Source: Geosiphon pyriformis uo1
Taxonomy: Eukaryota; Fungi; Glomeromycota
Assembly (NCBI GenBank): GCA_016748015.1
Contig: JAAOMT010000439.1
Span: 765,527 to 829,526 of the forward strand
Reading direction: 5' to 3'
Length of the DNA stretch: 64,000 bases
Below the pieces are notes generated by a model. That model did no database searches. It was not told the DNA's origin and saw only the letters and a program-made list of their open reading frames with translations. The translations under genes were made by a program, and so were the position numbers. Of this stretch, positions 1 through 12,887 are shown in pieces; within the stretch, counting starts at the first letter, position 1, and each line of letters starts with the position of its first letter.

Positions 1-712
1 ACTTGATGTTCCTCATCTCAGCGCGAGTATTATCAAGGCACAGATGCTTTCAAAATCCGAACTCGAAAATGTAAGTCATTTTTACAAAATCTATTTGCAA
101 ATAACATTTTATTGATCAATTTATTAAGACAGGGGAAATTTCTTAATCGCAAGGTCTCATAAAGTTTAATCAATACAGGGTACATATCATTTCAAGGCTG
201 CTCTCTCTGAACTTCGGACAGAGATAGAAATCCTACGTAAAAGTGATTGGTCTGCCTTACGTCTTGAAACCGCGAGTATTCAACGTGAGCTTGAGGCCTT
301 GAATGCCAAACTCAAAGAAGATAGTACTGCATTGAAACACGAAATACAAATGGACTTCAACACGCGCAAAGCTGAGGTTCGAGGAGATCAAAAGAAGTTG
401 GAAATAAAGATCGAGGAAATGAACAATAAATTTACAATAGCTTTGGGTGATATTCGCACTGATATAGAAGCGGTGAAGTGGGAGACGACAAAACATGGAA
501 TGAGTATATTATCTTTTTTTATCCATTTTTTTTTGATCTATTTCAGTCCATTTTTTCAAAATCTGTTCCAAAACTTTTCAGTTGCAATATTCGGAGTTGG
601 CGTATTTGCGCTTTTCGTCATGTTTATTATTTCTGAAAAGAATTCCAGAAAAACCAAAGAAACTACTGGGACATCGACACCGCTTGATTCAACACAGGTT
701 CCTTCCTTGTGA
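1..712 (+). CDS. DUF1640 / CCDC90-MCUR1 / Fmp32-like mitochondrial coiled-coil protein, 3' part (5' end outside window)
   Basis: Spliced reading MLSKSELEN|GTYHFKAALSELRTEI...MNNKFTIALGDIRTDIEAVKWETTKHGM|IAIFGVGVFALFVMFII; GT-AG introns at ~71-178 and ~504-581; coiled coil followed by a C-terminal TM helix typical of DUF1640. Confidence 0.8.
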
Positions 713-1743
713 AATAACAGATTCAAAAATGGCTGGGGTTTTATCTGTCTCAAAATATGTTTTAGATGTTGATATCTTCCACTCACAATTAAGAAGCTTA
801 AAGCTTAATAAATTTTTCAGGGATTCTAAATCTATCATAAACACAAGGTCAGTCTAAAAAACATTCCTATTTAATCTAAAGGCCCTTCTAATTCCAAAAA
901 ACTTTACTTGATCAACTTGGCCGTTTTCACAAGTCGAATTATACTATATCACCAATTTAGCTAACTCATCTCCCACGTTTTTTATGCATAGTAAGAAATC
1001 TACCTGAATTTTCGCTTCACAAAAACAATCGGCGTCGATAATTGTCATGAGCTATAATAATTGCTCATACGAGATTAACTATAATAACAAACCAAAGCCA
1101 AGATATCAAAAAGAGGTATACCTAAGGCTCAATAATTTGTTTACATTAGAAGAGCCAACTCACGCTATTGTTTTCAAATTAATGACGCCTACAACCTAAT
1201 GGTTACCCGATAAAAGAGTGAAATATAAACGGAAAAAGCCGTATCATCAAGTGATAACCTTAGATTTATACGGACGCAAAGCTGTCATTTAACTATTTGA
1301 ACGAACCAAATGTCTTGAAATTTCAGCGTTCACCTCATTCCTTGATAGGCGGATATTCCAAATTAATCAATCTCTGATTAAGAAACCTGTAAAAATCAAA
1401 TTTTTCAGATTTTAATTTCCTAGATAATAAATCATCTCTGAAGATAAAGTTTCTTTTATGAAAGATCATAATTTTATTTCAAAAGTTCAGTGATTACCGA
1501 GAAACAAATTTACAGTGGAGCCTCACATCGGACCCGTTCTACGAAAGGGATTGTTCAGGTAACCTGACTTCGAATATTAATAAGACATGTCTATCACGTT
1601 AAATTTCTGATCTACAAACCAGCGATCAATAAAAAACGAAGTATCTATATAATTTCCACTTTTTAATCAAGTGTTCTATCAGTATTTTTTCACAGTTGCT
1701 ATCAGCCGCAATTGGTCTCGACGCCGTGTTTTATTTCGCATGT

Positions 1744-4700
1744 TTACCAGCTTAACCAATCAACACTCGGTATCTTAATCGACCAATCCATGAATTGGAA
1801 AGCAATCACAGCCAAGGTGACAGCCGCTAGACTCAGAAAAAGTCTCGGTTTTTGGGAAATGTAATTTGTATCAGCTTTTTTTGGGATTTCCAAGGAAATC
1901 CCTTCTCCATAATTTGATGCCTTATTTTCTGCCGACACGTTTTTGGGATCAACAACACTGACTCTCAAGGTGTGTACCAATCCTGGAGTCTTCCAATCCT
2001 TAACACGCCAGTACAATGTCTGTCTACTTTTAACGTATCTCCAATCACCATCTGAAACACGAATATCGAGATAACGTTGATTGTAATGATAATTAGGAAT
2101 GTAGATTTCTGTTTCTGGTGGGGCAAAATCATTAGAGTCAATCTGGAAGATTGGATGGGATGATTCAGCGTAATTTTTAAACTGGAGCGTAAATTCAAGA
2201 TTTTTCAAATTGAAAATCATAGATTCCGGTTCCCCTGCAACCTTGGCAGCATATGGGCGCTTTTTGAAAGTTCAGAATATTTTTAAAAAATATACAAAAT
2301 AATAGAATACTTTAACCAAAGGGAAATTACATACCAACACCGCATCTAAGACCCGACCCCCAGTATGATGACGGTGATCATCGTCATTTACATCTTCCTG
2401 ATCTACAAAATGTAGCTGAGTTAAATCAAAAGGAGTGGTGGGGCTTGTAGGACTTAATTGTCTTTTGTCACTACCATCACTGGTAGTGCTACTACTACTG
2501 TTAGATCGGATAGGTTTGCCTTCGAACGCTGTCTGTATCTCAAGTTTTTGGACTTGTTTTCGTTTTATGACCTTTGTGGTGCCTGTGGGATAAGAAGTGC
2601 TTGTAGTAATTGTAGATGTATTTGTATACACTGTCTTCCCTGGCGGTATTGGGGAGTAAATAGAAAAATCCTCTCCGTTCCAATGATCACCATGAGTGTT
2701 ATCGTTTGAGGAATTATAATTCCAAAGTCTAAAAAATAAATATTTCATGCCTAAATTAGACACAAATCTTATCAGAAAGCGGTACCTTTTTAAATCTATA
2801 AACTAAACTTACGTAAAATTAACCAAATTTCTTTCCATTGCACAAAGAACCGCATCCAAAAAATTGCTGTGATGTTGATAATCCCCTGTTTCAAAAGCTT
2901 TTTTCTCATTGATATCCATCGGAATTCCACATTCTCCAATTACACAGGGAGTTTTGCCGACCTTTTGCAAACCGGTTTGTACAATGTTTCTAACTTGGCC
3001 GGTATAATTTTTCTTTGCCCCCGAGAGACCGAAATACGTGGCGGATATTACGTTCTTCCCCTAGAATTTAGTATTGGCAATCAATGATACAATCCAATAA
3101 TTTCAGAAAAGTTGTCGAATTATTGATATATCAATTTATACAACTTACCTTTGAAAGACCTTGAACATCATGAGTGATTAATCCATCGAAACTTTTGGTG
3201 AATAAAGATTTTAAATCATACCAATGAGGTGCGTATATTATACCCTTTGAATGGTCTTCAGGTTCATATTGTGGGGGCGGCTATTTAAAGAGAATGGGCA
3301 TTGAACCTTTACATGAAAAATTTATAATTTACAAGACAAAATGGCTAGAAACCATTTAAATCTTATTAAACACAAAATGTTTCTCACCTCATTTGGTAGA
3401 GGCTCAATAAATATGTAAAAATCTTCTTTAACACTTTGTATGCCCTGGGCATATTTATTTATGAAAGGCATATAAAAATCCCTGTAAAAGTTTACTTTTT
3501 CACCTGTCAGTGGGTTTGTCATAAAGTAATCCTCTCTCAGAGCTTTGGGTTTTCCGGTGATATCTACTTCCCAAACTCCGTGTTGCCGCCAGATGCATTC
3601 ATGCCCTTCAAACCACACACGCTCCTGTTCTAAGTTCAGAATGCGCCTGCTGTGTTTTCGAGTAGGATATGGCCATGACTTTCCCCATACTTCAACTTCT
3701 TGAGTTATCCCATCACCCAACGCAAAAGATTGCAAAGGGGAAGGGGAATCACCAAAGATTAAAGTTGTTATAGGATCAAATTGGTCAAAATTTTTCAGTC
3801 CAATATAGCCAGGACTATTTATGAAAATAAAATTACTAAAAAAAAACAATTTCTGATGGAGTAACAAAGCTATATGATATGGCGATATAACTTACTGTGG
3901 CTCGTTCATCATTTCGAAGCCCAATACTGCATCCAAATGTTGCAAACGTCTGGATAAAGAAAATATATCGGTAATAGATTGTTTTGGGAAAATTGAAATT
4001 CTTTAGTAAAATCAAATGGGTTTGAAAGACGAATAATTCACACTATTTTGGATTTTACCTTGCTAAATTCTTATAACAATCAATGAATTTTTCTTGAAGA
4101 TAGTCTTTGAGATTTTTGTTTTGATAGGTGGCTTTTGGTGCGTAAACATTACCGGCCCAAAATAAAGTAAACATAGTGCTACTAGCCAATTTAGTATAAT
4201 TGGTTGGCCATACCATAGGTTGAGGTGGATCCCCAGACTTGTGATGGACATTGTGAACAAAAGCAGCTCCAGTAGCTTTAAATTTTGTAATATCCATGCC
4301 TGCGACTTCAAATGTCCATCCAGGTGCACCGGATCCCCCTGAAAAGCGAGACCACTTTTGATTGTAATTCAAAAGTTACTAACATGAATATAAAAGATTT
4401 ATTCAAGCAAAGAGAATATAATACATACTGCGTCTTGATGTGGATCTATAAAGCATTTAATACCATGTTTTGGCATCTCTTCGATGATGCTAATCAAATA
4501 GCTAATAAATTCTTCATCGTATATGCCACTATAAATGAATCAAAAGATATTTTGTCATGATCTACTATGCAGGGATCAAATACAATTTCTTTGAAATTAA
4601 GTAGGCTTTTACACTTGAATGCAGCAACTTGTGACACACCAAGATACAAAAAAATTTCAAGTCTGCTACATACAAGGATAAATATGATATGGTGAAATTG

Positions 4701-5295
4701 AAACCACTCACGGTCCGGAATGTTCAAGAGCCTCCCATGGAACAAGAAGTCTGACAAATGTTAAACCCCAAGTTTTTAATCTGGAAAAATGTTCTGGAGC
4801 ATCCTCAAGGGGGAACGGACGTCCAACGAATGAAATATTTCGATGATCGAAAAACCCTTCAGATAAGTGAGTTGAACCATTAGGTTTGGTGGGTAACTTT
4901 GAGTTACCACATAAGTTAACCCCTCTTAGTAGACAGGTACGCCCTTGTTCATCTTTAAACCACCGCCCGTCTGCGGAAAGTGCCCCGCTGGCGAACCAGT
5001 CTTGGGCCAAAGCTCCTGATTCTCCAAGGGCCAATCCAGTAACGTCCGAGTCAGGTGTTGAGGTACCTACACTATGTACAACATCTGGGATTGAAGACGC
5101 ATAAGAACTGATCGAAGAGACCGAAGTTGATCGTTTTAAAGTGGGTGGATTTAGGTGATGATGAGAAGGCCTAAAATAAAATGATTCAGGATTATCTCCA
5201 TCGGAAGAAGGAGCGTCGGGTGAAGGAGGAGTTATGTACGGATCTTCGGTTGAAGTAAGAATATTAATATCAATGGCGGGAACGGTGGCTACCAT
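1744..5295 (-). CDS. Glycoside hydrolase family 5, EGCrP/Egh1-type (ergosteryl-beta-glucosidase / endoglycoceramidase-related), multi-exon
   Basis: Motifs LRGVNL..NSKLP, FVGRPFPL, WEALEH, GGSGAP; acid/base motif GFEMMNEPH (~3897-3925); nucleophile CVIGECGIPMD (~2912-2947); LWNY..DNTHGDHWNGEDFS; RPYA; C-terminal hydrophobic helix. Confidence 0.9.
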
Positions 5296-6021
5296 TTTAA
5301 AACACGAATATGCTAATGAAACAATTTTGTGATTTAACTAGTTAAATCCCGAATTTGAAGGAATTATCGGTCTTTTTTTTGATTTAAAGGTAAGTTGCGT
5401 GATGAAAAGAGAAGTTGTGATGAGCGAGCTATAAAGAAAGATAGGGATGTAACGACAGATGCAGAAATACTGCAGCAGAGTAAAAGAATGTGAAGGAGTG
5501 AGGCTTGTAAATAAAGGTTGCGGATATAGGGTAAAGAGTAAAGATTTGCCCAGGGCTGAGCAACTGGTCTTGGCACTTATAAGGACGCAAGTCAGAAAAG
5601 ACAGAAATACAAACAATTAATCACATCGAACTAAAGTTCAACCCGGAATTTGTGCCAGATAGGAGATCGTGATATGCTATGCTATTGGTCATTGGATTTA
5701 CTATAGTGGGTAAAAAATTCGTTATTTGCTATTTTACTTATTTGGCATAAGAATAATATTATATAATATAAACTAAACCAACCAATAGATAAAATAAATA
5801 AATTATTAAAAATAAAAATTATTAAAATTAAAATATAATACATATTATATAATTTAAAATTTAAAGTTTTGATTATCGACCAAAGTTTTTTTAGTACTAA
5901 AAACATTTTTTCTTTTTATTAAAGTTTTTTTTAAAAAAAAACATGCTAAAAATAATTTTAATGGTTTTTTGGTTTTTTTTTTTTTTTTTTTTTGCTACAA
6001 TTTTTATTATTATTACTTTTA

Positions 6022-6067
<46 letters not shown>

Positions 6068-6152
6068 GTTTAATTTAATTATGAACAATAGCACTTTCTT
6101 TTGAATTAAATAATAATAGCAATAATAATAGCAATAATAATAGCAATAATAA
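6022..6152. repeat. (AAT)n microsatellite followed by (AATAATAGC)n variant
   Basis: Direct reading. Confidence 0.9.
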
Positions 6153-7479
6153 TATATTTATTAAAATAAGCATCAATTAATATTTAGTTATATTATTTAT
6201 TATTTGTTAATTATAAAATTAATTTAATATTATAAAAACTAAAATTATACTATTTTTTAAATTTAAAATAAATTATGTAAAAATTGTGTTATATATAAAA
6301 ATTCTATTTTATGTTTTAAAATTATTAAAGTTATTATAAATCTAAATTTAATTTTGTTGTTGTTATTGTTATTATACTTTATAATTAAAAATATAATTAA
6401 CCAAATTAATAATTAATCATGGTTTATTTTTTGTTTTCTGTTGCCAAAAATTTATAATTATTATTTTTAATATTTAATACTATAATTATTAAAATTGAAT
6501 ACTTTAAAAAAAACTGAATTTAATATAATTTTATTATTATTATTATTATTATAAGTGTTAAAATTCAAATTATTTGGCTTTAATTTATAAAACTTTTATT
6601 TTTTTTTAATTAATAAAATATTTTAAAAATACTAATATCAAAATATATTATTTTATATTAATTAATTAATTTTATTTAATATATTTTAAATTATTTATAA
6701 AAAAATAGAATTTATTTAATTTGTGTAATTAAAAAAATTAAAAAAAAAACAGAATTTATTTGTTAATTGTTAGTTTTAAAAACACAATAATATTTACAAT
6801 TAAAAAAAAGATTTTTAAATTTTTAAAAACTTTAATTATGTTTTATTAATATATCATAAATATAAATTATAATACATTTTTATTTTATTTATAAAATATT
6901 ATTAATAAACAAATTAAGATTTATTTTGAAAAAAAAAAAATACATTTATCATAAATATTAAATTTTTTCGAATTAACAATATTGTAAATCAGGTGGCTGG
7001 TTACCCGTGGTTTGTAAGCGAACCACGTCTAATTTACGAAAATTAGTTCGTACAAAAATGGGCTATATCGCAAGTATAATAAAAAAAAATTATATAAATC
7101 AAATTATTGTTATTAGAAAAAATAAAAATAAAAATTGAAATTATTATAAATTGTTTTGTAAATTTAAAAATATTCAAATTAAAAAATTTGGTAAACTTGA
7201 ATTTTTCGTATACCATAACCATTTTTTATGTTTATTTTAAACTTAATTATTTTGAATATTAAATCCAAAAATAAAACAAAAATTTAAATGACTTATTTAT
7301 TAAAAATAAGTTAATTATTAAAATATATTTTATGACAAATTTTGTAAGCAAATACACCTAAAAATTATAGAAAATTGAGTTAATTTATGATGAAGGAATG
7401 TAATAAAATGTGTTAAAAAAATTTAATGGAACAAAAATGTACATTAATTATTAAAAATAATGAAAAAAGAATTTTTCAT

Positions 7480-7590
7480 TAAAATTTTTTCAATAAATTT
7501 ATATAACTTAAGCTATGAATAATATATTAATTATATTAATTGCTATAGATATTGTAAATTAATTATCTTTTGGAAAAGACACTATATATA
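7480..7590 (+). repeat. ~110 bp direct repeat, copy 1 (copy 2 at ~8451-8556)
   Basis: aaattttttcaataaattta..aacttaagctatgaa.taatat.ttaattatattaattg...attgtaaa...aaaagac shared by both copies. Confidence 0.7.
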
Positions 7591-7629
7591 TAAAAATTGA
7601 CAATTACATAAACATTTTTGTGTAATTAT

Positions 7630-8160
7630 CTCGTTTTTCTACATTTCTCTTAATTTTTCCCCATAAAATTTCAATTGAATTTTAATATAGACTATATGCT
7701 GGTCAGCTTTTATCTTCTCCCCAATAAATTCTTTAGCAGGGGGCTTGTTTACTTAGAATCATTGTCTTGCCAATACCTTTCTATTAATGCCCAAATCTCG
7801 AGAAAATAATCGTAGAAAATTTCAATTTATATACCCGCAATCATTATTCCTGTAAAAAAAAACCAGCCTTTCAGCTTTTCGGGAATACTGTGGAACGATG
7901 GTATAAGAAGGATGAGCCTAATAGTCCAAGATTCGTTTTCATTCAGGAGTTTGTGCCCAATCTACCGGCATTTTTTTTCAAAAGTAAATAAATAAGGTAT
8001 TGTTCCGGTTTATGCCCTTTTGCTTGTTAACACGGGAATGGTACTCGGTCACTTTTTATCATATCCTACAGCTGCCAAATGCCTTGAAATCGTTGAATAT
8101 GAGACTAGGTGTACTTCGTGTCTCGCCCTATTGGGGATGTCGATCAGATATATTGGAATC
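7630..8160 (-). mobile_element. Highly decayed Tc1/mariner (DD34E) transposase relic with internal inversion
   Basis: Minus strand gives VSYSTISRHLAAVGYDKK*PSTIPVLT, VDWAQ..LNEN, TGIM, WQDNDSK*TS, PAYSLY*NSIEILWGKIKRNVEKR; plus strand 7866-7907 gives AFQLFGNTVERWYK. Confidence 0.75.
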
Positions 8161-8450
8161 TTTGTCGCATCGTGATTTCGATGGGATTTTGTCATTTTTT
8201 CATCGAAAAATGAAAAAAACTCGATTAAAAAATGCTAGCATTTAAAAAAAAAACTAGCCAATTTTATTCCATGATTATTTTTATTTAAATATTTATTTTA
8301 GCAAAAAAAAAATAATTTTTTAGTAAAATTAATAAAAAGTGTTTGATTATTATTTTTTAGTTAAAAAAATACATATTAGCAAAATTGTGAATTTCGATTT
8401 TTTGTCAATAACAATTTAATTATTAAGAGTAATGGAAAAAAAATTCTAAT

Positions 8451-8556
8451 AAATTTTTTCAATAAATTTAGAACTTAAGCTATGAAATAATATGTTAATT
8501 ATATTAATTGTTAGCGACCATTGTAAAGTGGAATCTTTTATAAAAGACTGTATATA
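8451..8556 (+). repeat. ~110 bp direct repeat, copy 2
   Basis: Matches 7480-7590. Confidence 0.7.
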
Positions 8557-9219
8557 TTACATGCATTATTAAATTTATTATTATTAAATCAATATAAAAT
8601 AATGTGTCATTCTTAGTAACTTGAGATTTTTATTTCATTTATTAATTTTGGCAAAATTAAATATCGAAAATCTATACCAATAATTACATGATTTTGTTCC
8701 AATCTTCTATATGATAAGAGAAGCAGCACTGTCATTATCATGTTCTCTCATTTAGGACCAAAAGATGGCTCTTCAATTAATTTTAGCCACAAATTCTGCA
8801 ATTGCCACAATGCGAACAGTTGTAGAACTTCTCAAAAAATAATAATCTTAGATATAAACTTGTTGTGGTTTATAAAGCTAGTACTGGAGTATTAAACTTC
8901 ATCTCATGCCAGGATTGGGAAACCTAAATTTTTAGAAGGATTAATTTTAGATAAATAGAATTTATTTTTACAAATCGAGAAATGGAAGAAATAATTAGCC
9001 TTTAATGAGAAATGGGTATATTGTTGAAAAACAAAATTTTCTGTTTTATACATTCAAACGAAAAAAATCAACTATTTCAACCTCTTCTATATAAGGACCC
9101 TCGATTAGATGATATAGCTTTTGCCAAGATCAAATATCTTTATAAATAGAATAGAACAGAAGTTTTTTTTACAAACTATTCTCTGATAACAAGGAAAATT
9201 CTAAAAACTCTAAAATTAA

Positions 9220-10634
9220 ATGTCATTTTTTGGATCAAAGAGAACTGAACCATTATGGCTTAGAATAATAAGATCATTTTTGAGTTTCGGACTTATTTTA
9301 GCAGTAATTTATTATGGACTATTCCAACTTGGCAGTTATCTGGAAACTCCAAAAGGGCCAAATATCATAGTCCTAGCAAAAAGATCCAAAGAGTGCTATA
9401 CCTCGATTGATGAGAATCTTTTTAATTTTCTTAAGGCTAAAATAATGGAGAGCATATATTCACAAATATATAATAAACTATTTTTTGCAGATATTATAGT
9501 TTGTAGAGAGAGTAGTCAGAATATTGAATTTAAAGCTGTTCGAATAAAGGAATTTCATCAACCAGAAAATATTAGCGACTATTACAATCAATATAAAGAT
9601 CTTGATACTAACGATTTAACGAATATGTCCGAGGAACCTATTTATCAAAAAATCTGTACTTCTCTTAAAACCCCGCCAAACGATGGTTCTAGTGTAAAAT
9701 CTTGCTCTAATCTAATTTGGATTGAGATCAGCTTTAATTCAACATCTTCAAATATCGTAGAAATTTTCTTGAACCAAACTTGGAGAGCCAGCAGGCCGAA
9801 AAAAAAAAAGAGTAAGAAAGATGAATTAAAACAAACTATTTTTGCTGATCTTCAATTAAAAATTCGTTGATAATATTAAATTTTTCTGATACCTTTTCAA
9901 ACTAGATATTATCTGTGGCCAATCATTATCAAACCTGGGGAAGCAAAGAAAATTGAAGTTTTACTCAGGGATACCAGGCAACTGGACCTTGACCCAACAT
10001 CACGACCTTTGGAGAATATTCAAAACCAAACGCAGCTCTAATTGGGTTTAAAGTATATAATAAACCCATTGAATATATTTTCGAAGATAAAGGTAAGCCT
10101 TCTAATATTAAAGTTTTTTCTTGAAATAATTTTTTGACTTATTCTTTTCTCAAGAAAATATATATTTTCTTAGAAATCTTGGATATATTTGCCAAAATCG
10201 GTGGTTTCTACAGTGTCTTATCAGTTACTTTTATTTTTTTATTTGGAATGGAAAAAATAAGTCAATGGTTGGTTTTAATTTTTTAATTTTCTAAAGTAAT
10301 TTATACTATTCTCGCTGCTTTTGATTCCTTTTGAAATGAAACATATTTCATTATTGTTCACTATATCTAGGGGAGTAGCACAAAAATATTTATTTAGATG
10401 CCGTTGGTGTCGCCGCGATTTTGGAAAGAAGTTAGCATTGCGATACGTTTCTAAATCTGGCATACCATTGGTGCAAAAAGTGAGGGATTACCCACCAGAT
10501 TTTACTCCAGAAGGTCGTATTCAAATTCTCGAGTCAATCTTGGAAGAATATTATATCGAAACATATTACTTGGAACGTCTTCGACAGACTAAACTTTTCT
10601 ATACAAAGCAAGCGGAATTTGAACAACGAATTAT

Positions 10635-10665
<31 letters not shown>

Positions 10666-10731
10666 AGTATCAGAAGGATACTTTTCAAGTGTATTTATCA
10701 ACATGATGACCAAAGGTATTCTTACCTATGA
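9220..10731 (+). pseudogene. Lineage-specific two-TM membrane protein ('IGG...LFG...WG..Q' family), probably frameshifted
   Basis: TM1 RSFLSFGLILAVIYYGLFQL; spliced C-terminal part EDK|EILDIFAKIGGFYSVLSVTFIFLFGMEKISQW|GVAQKYLF...GIPLV...RIQILESILEEYYIETYYL; the frame leading into TM2 has TGA at ~9990, so no clean continuous model found. Confidence 0.6.
10635..10665 (+). repeat. (GAT)n encoding a poly-Asp tract
   Basis: Direct reading. Confidence 0.9.
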
Positions 10732-10829
10732 GCCAGAACTAACATATGATGAGTATGTTATAGAATCTCAATTTAATATATAAATGTAAATTGTTTTGTA
10801 TATTAATAAACATATTATTAGGAGAGAGA

Positions 10830-11300
10830 TTGAAAGTTTGTCATTATTTTTAATTGAGAATATAAATCAAAAACCAACCAATGGAAGTTTTATAGGCCAG
10901 AAATATGACTTTAGAACCCAAAAAAATGGCCTTGAACATCTTATTGGATTAAGATCTGGAGGTATTTTTAAAGCATCAAAATCAAAAATGTGGAATTATA
11001 AAGTGGATTTAGCAGTTGCCTTAAGAGAAGTACTTTTAAAAAAAGGAATTGAAAAAAATGTTGTTAAAACAAAAGTTTTTCAGCAGCTTTTTACATTTGG
11101 AGTGCATAACTTTGGTAAGTATTACAAAAAACATTTTTAAATTAACAATCTAACATTTTTAAATCAGCAATTTAAATTTTTTTGAAAATATTTTAAGTTA
11201 TTTTTATAATGTGTATGCAATAGATTGGAAAGTAAAAAGACTTTGGTACTTTGGTCTTTTGAAAAAAATAAGTCTTCCACAATCAGTTATTCATCTTACA
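10830..11300 (+). pseudogene. Fragment of a repetitive Mucoromycota protein family, putative PD-(D/E)XK-like fold
   Basis: GQKYDFR..LEHLIGLRSGG..KMWNYKVDLAVALREVL, then after an intron-like gap VYAIDWKVKRLWYFGLL; no ATG or 5' part. Confidence 0.4.
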
Positions 11301-11840
11301 TAAATTGAGAAACTGGTTGTTACTTTGTTAAGAATATAAGTATGTTGTAATTTCTATTTTTATTATATACACTTGTGACTTTTTTAATTGTATTTTATTC
11401 TTTAGAAAACTATGATTAAAATTGAAAATCATTGAAAAGAAATTATTATTGAAAAATCCAAGTTATACAGAAATCGCAGACTCTAGTATGCTTATGTCTT
11501 ATTCAGTGTGTTTAAATGGCCAGATTTCAAGAAGTCGCAAAGTAAAAAAAAAAATGTGTACACATGTGTATAATGAAAATTTAATTTTTAAAGTCCATTT
11601 TTTAAAAAGATAAACCATAAGTTAACAACATTGGATGCAACCATTTTTTAATTGTATCAAGATGTTTTTATGAATTTATTTCTTGTAAGCCATGAGTGTT
11701 GTTAAANNNNNNNNNNNNNNNNNNNNNNNNNNNNNNNNNNNNNNNNNNNNNNNNNNNNNNNNNNNNNNNNNNNNNNNNNNNNNNNNNNNNNNNNNNNNNN
11801 NNNNNNNNNNNNNNNNNNNNNNNNNNNNNNNNNNNNNNNN

Positions 11841-12887
11841 CAGGACTTTGTGCTGGCCAAGGAAGTAATTCAACATTTGAAGAGGTAAGAAAAGAACACG
11901 CGACTTTTGATGTGTGGATTGGTGCATTGTCTTCCTGAAAAAAAAACTTTTTTTTAGTTTTTTTTGCATGAAGTTTTACCGTAAGAATTGCATAATTAGC
12001 CAAGGTTTTGTGGTGTATAACTCCAGTAATATGACCAACCAAAGGAACTAAAAGACCCAAACCAACCCATGAAAAACATCCCCAAAACATGCGACCAAAG
12101 CTTTTTCTAACTGTGGCTGCAATACAATCCTTATAAAACTCTTTGGAAGGTTTACGCCATATACGTCCAAATCCTGTAGTTCTAAATTGTGTATATGTAG
12201 ATTCATCTGACCAAACAACTCGTTTAAAATCTTCTACTGTCCAATTTTCATAAGTACGAGCCCATTGTAAATGTTTTTCTTTATTTGATTTGGAAATTAA
12301 TGGCTTGAGACGAGGAATGCACGAGTGAAGTCCTTCTTAAGCTAATCCATTTCAAATAGTTTGTATAGAAATAGATTTGTTGGTATCTTTAATAAAATTC
12401 AATCGTATTTGAGAAAGAGTTTGGCGGTAGGTTTTTTTATTCCCTATTATTGAATATTTGAGTTGTTCACGTGCACATTTGTCAAGAATTTGTGGTCAGT
12501 CTGTTCATTTTTTAGGAAGTTTTTTTAGCTCGTATGACTTCATACATGTATTACAGAAGAACGTGAACATTCAATAGTCGTGGAAATCTCACTGTTTGTA
12601 TGTCCTAACTTTTTTGCTGAAATAATCCCTCCTTTTTGGTATTCAGAAAGTTCTTTTCCAAGACACATTTGATGTGGTAAATTTTTTCACGACAAGAATG
12701 TTTGATATTTTATATATACGCGTATAATCCACTGTTGTGTTTTACAAGGACGCGATTTATGTTGATTTGTAGATTATAACTATAAGTAATTATAAAAAAA
12801 ATTATGGCTTAAATTGGTAATGGTATTACAATATATAGCCTTTTTTGTATATTATATTAAGTGTCCAATACTTTTTATACCCCCCTG
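11841..12887 (-). mobile_element. Tc1/mariner DNA transposon (DD34E), inactive; one TIR and TA target visible, other end not recovered (N-gap)
   Basis: ATG at 12668 (MCLGKELSEYQKGGII, HTH), KPLIS..LQWA..WTVEDFKRVVWSDES, MFWGCFS, FQEDNAPIH, WPAQSP|gap; in-frame stops; terminus reads TA-CAGGGGGGTATAAAAAGTATTGGACAC on minus (12889-12861). Confidence 0.92.

Noticed and set aside
5897-6094. Poly-Tyr ORFs (also 23867-24085)
   Set aside because: Translations of (AAT/TAT)n microsatellites
11400-11706. Search for the second TIR of the Tc1 element
   Set aside because: No match to CAGGGGGGTATAAAAAG left of the gap; the end is probably inside the gap or deleted
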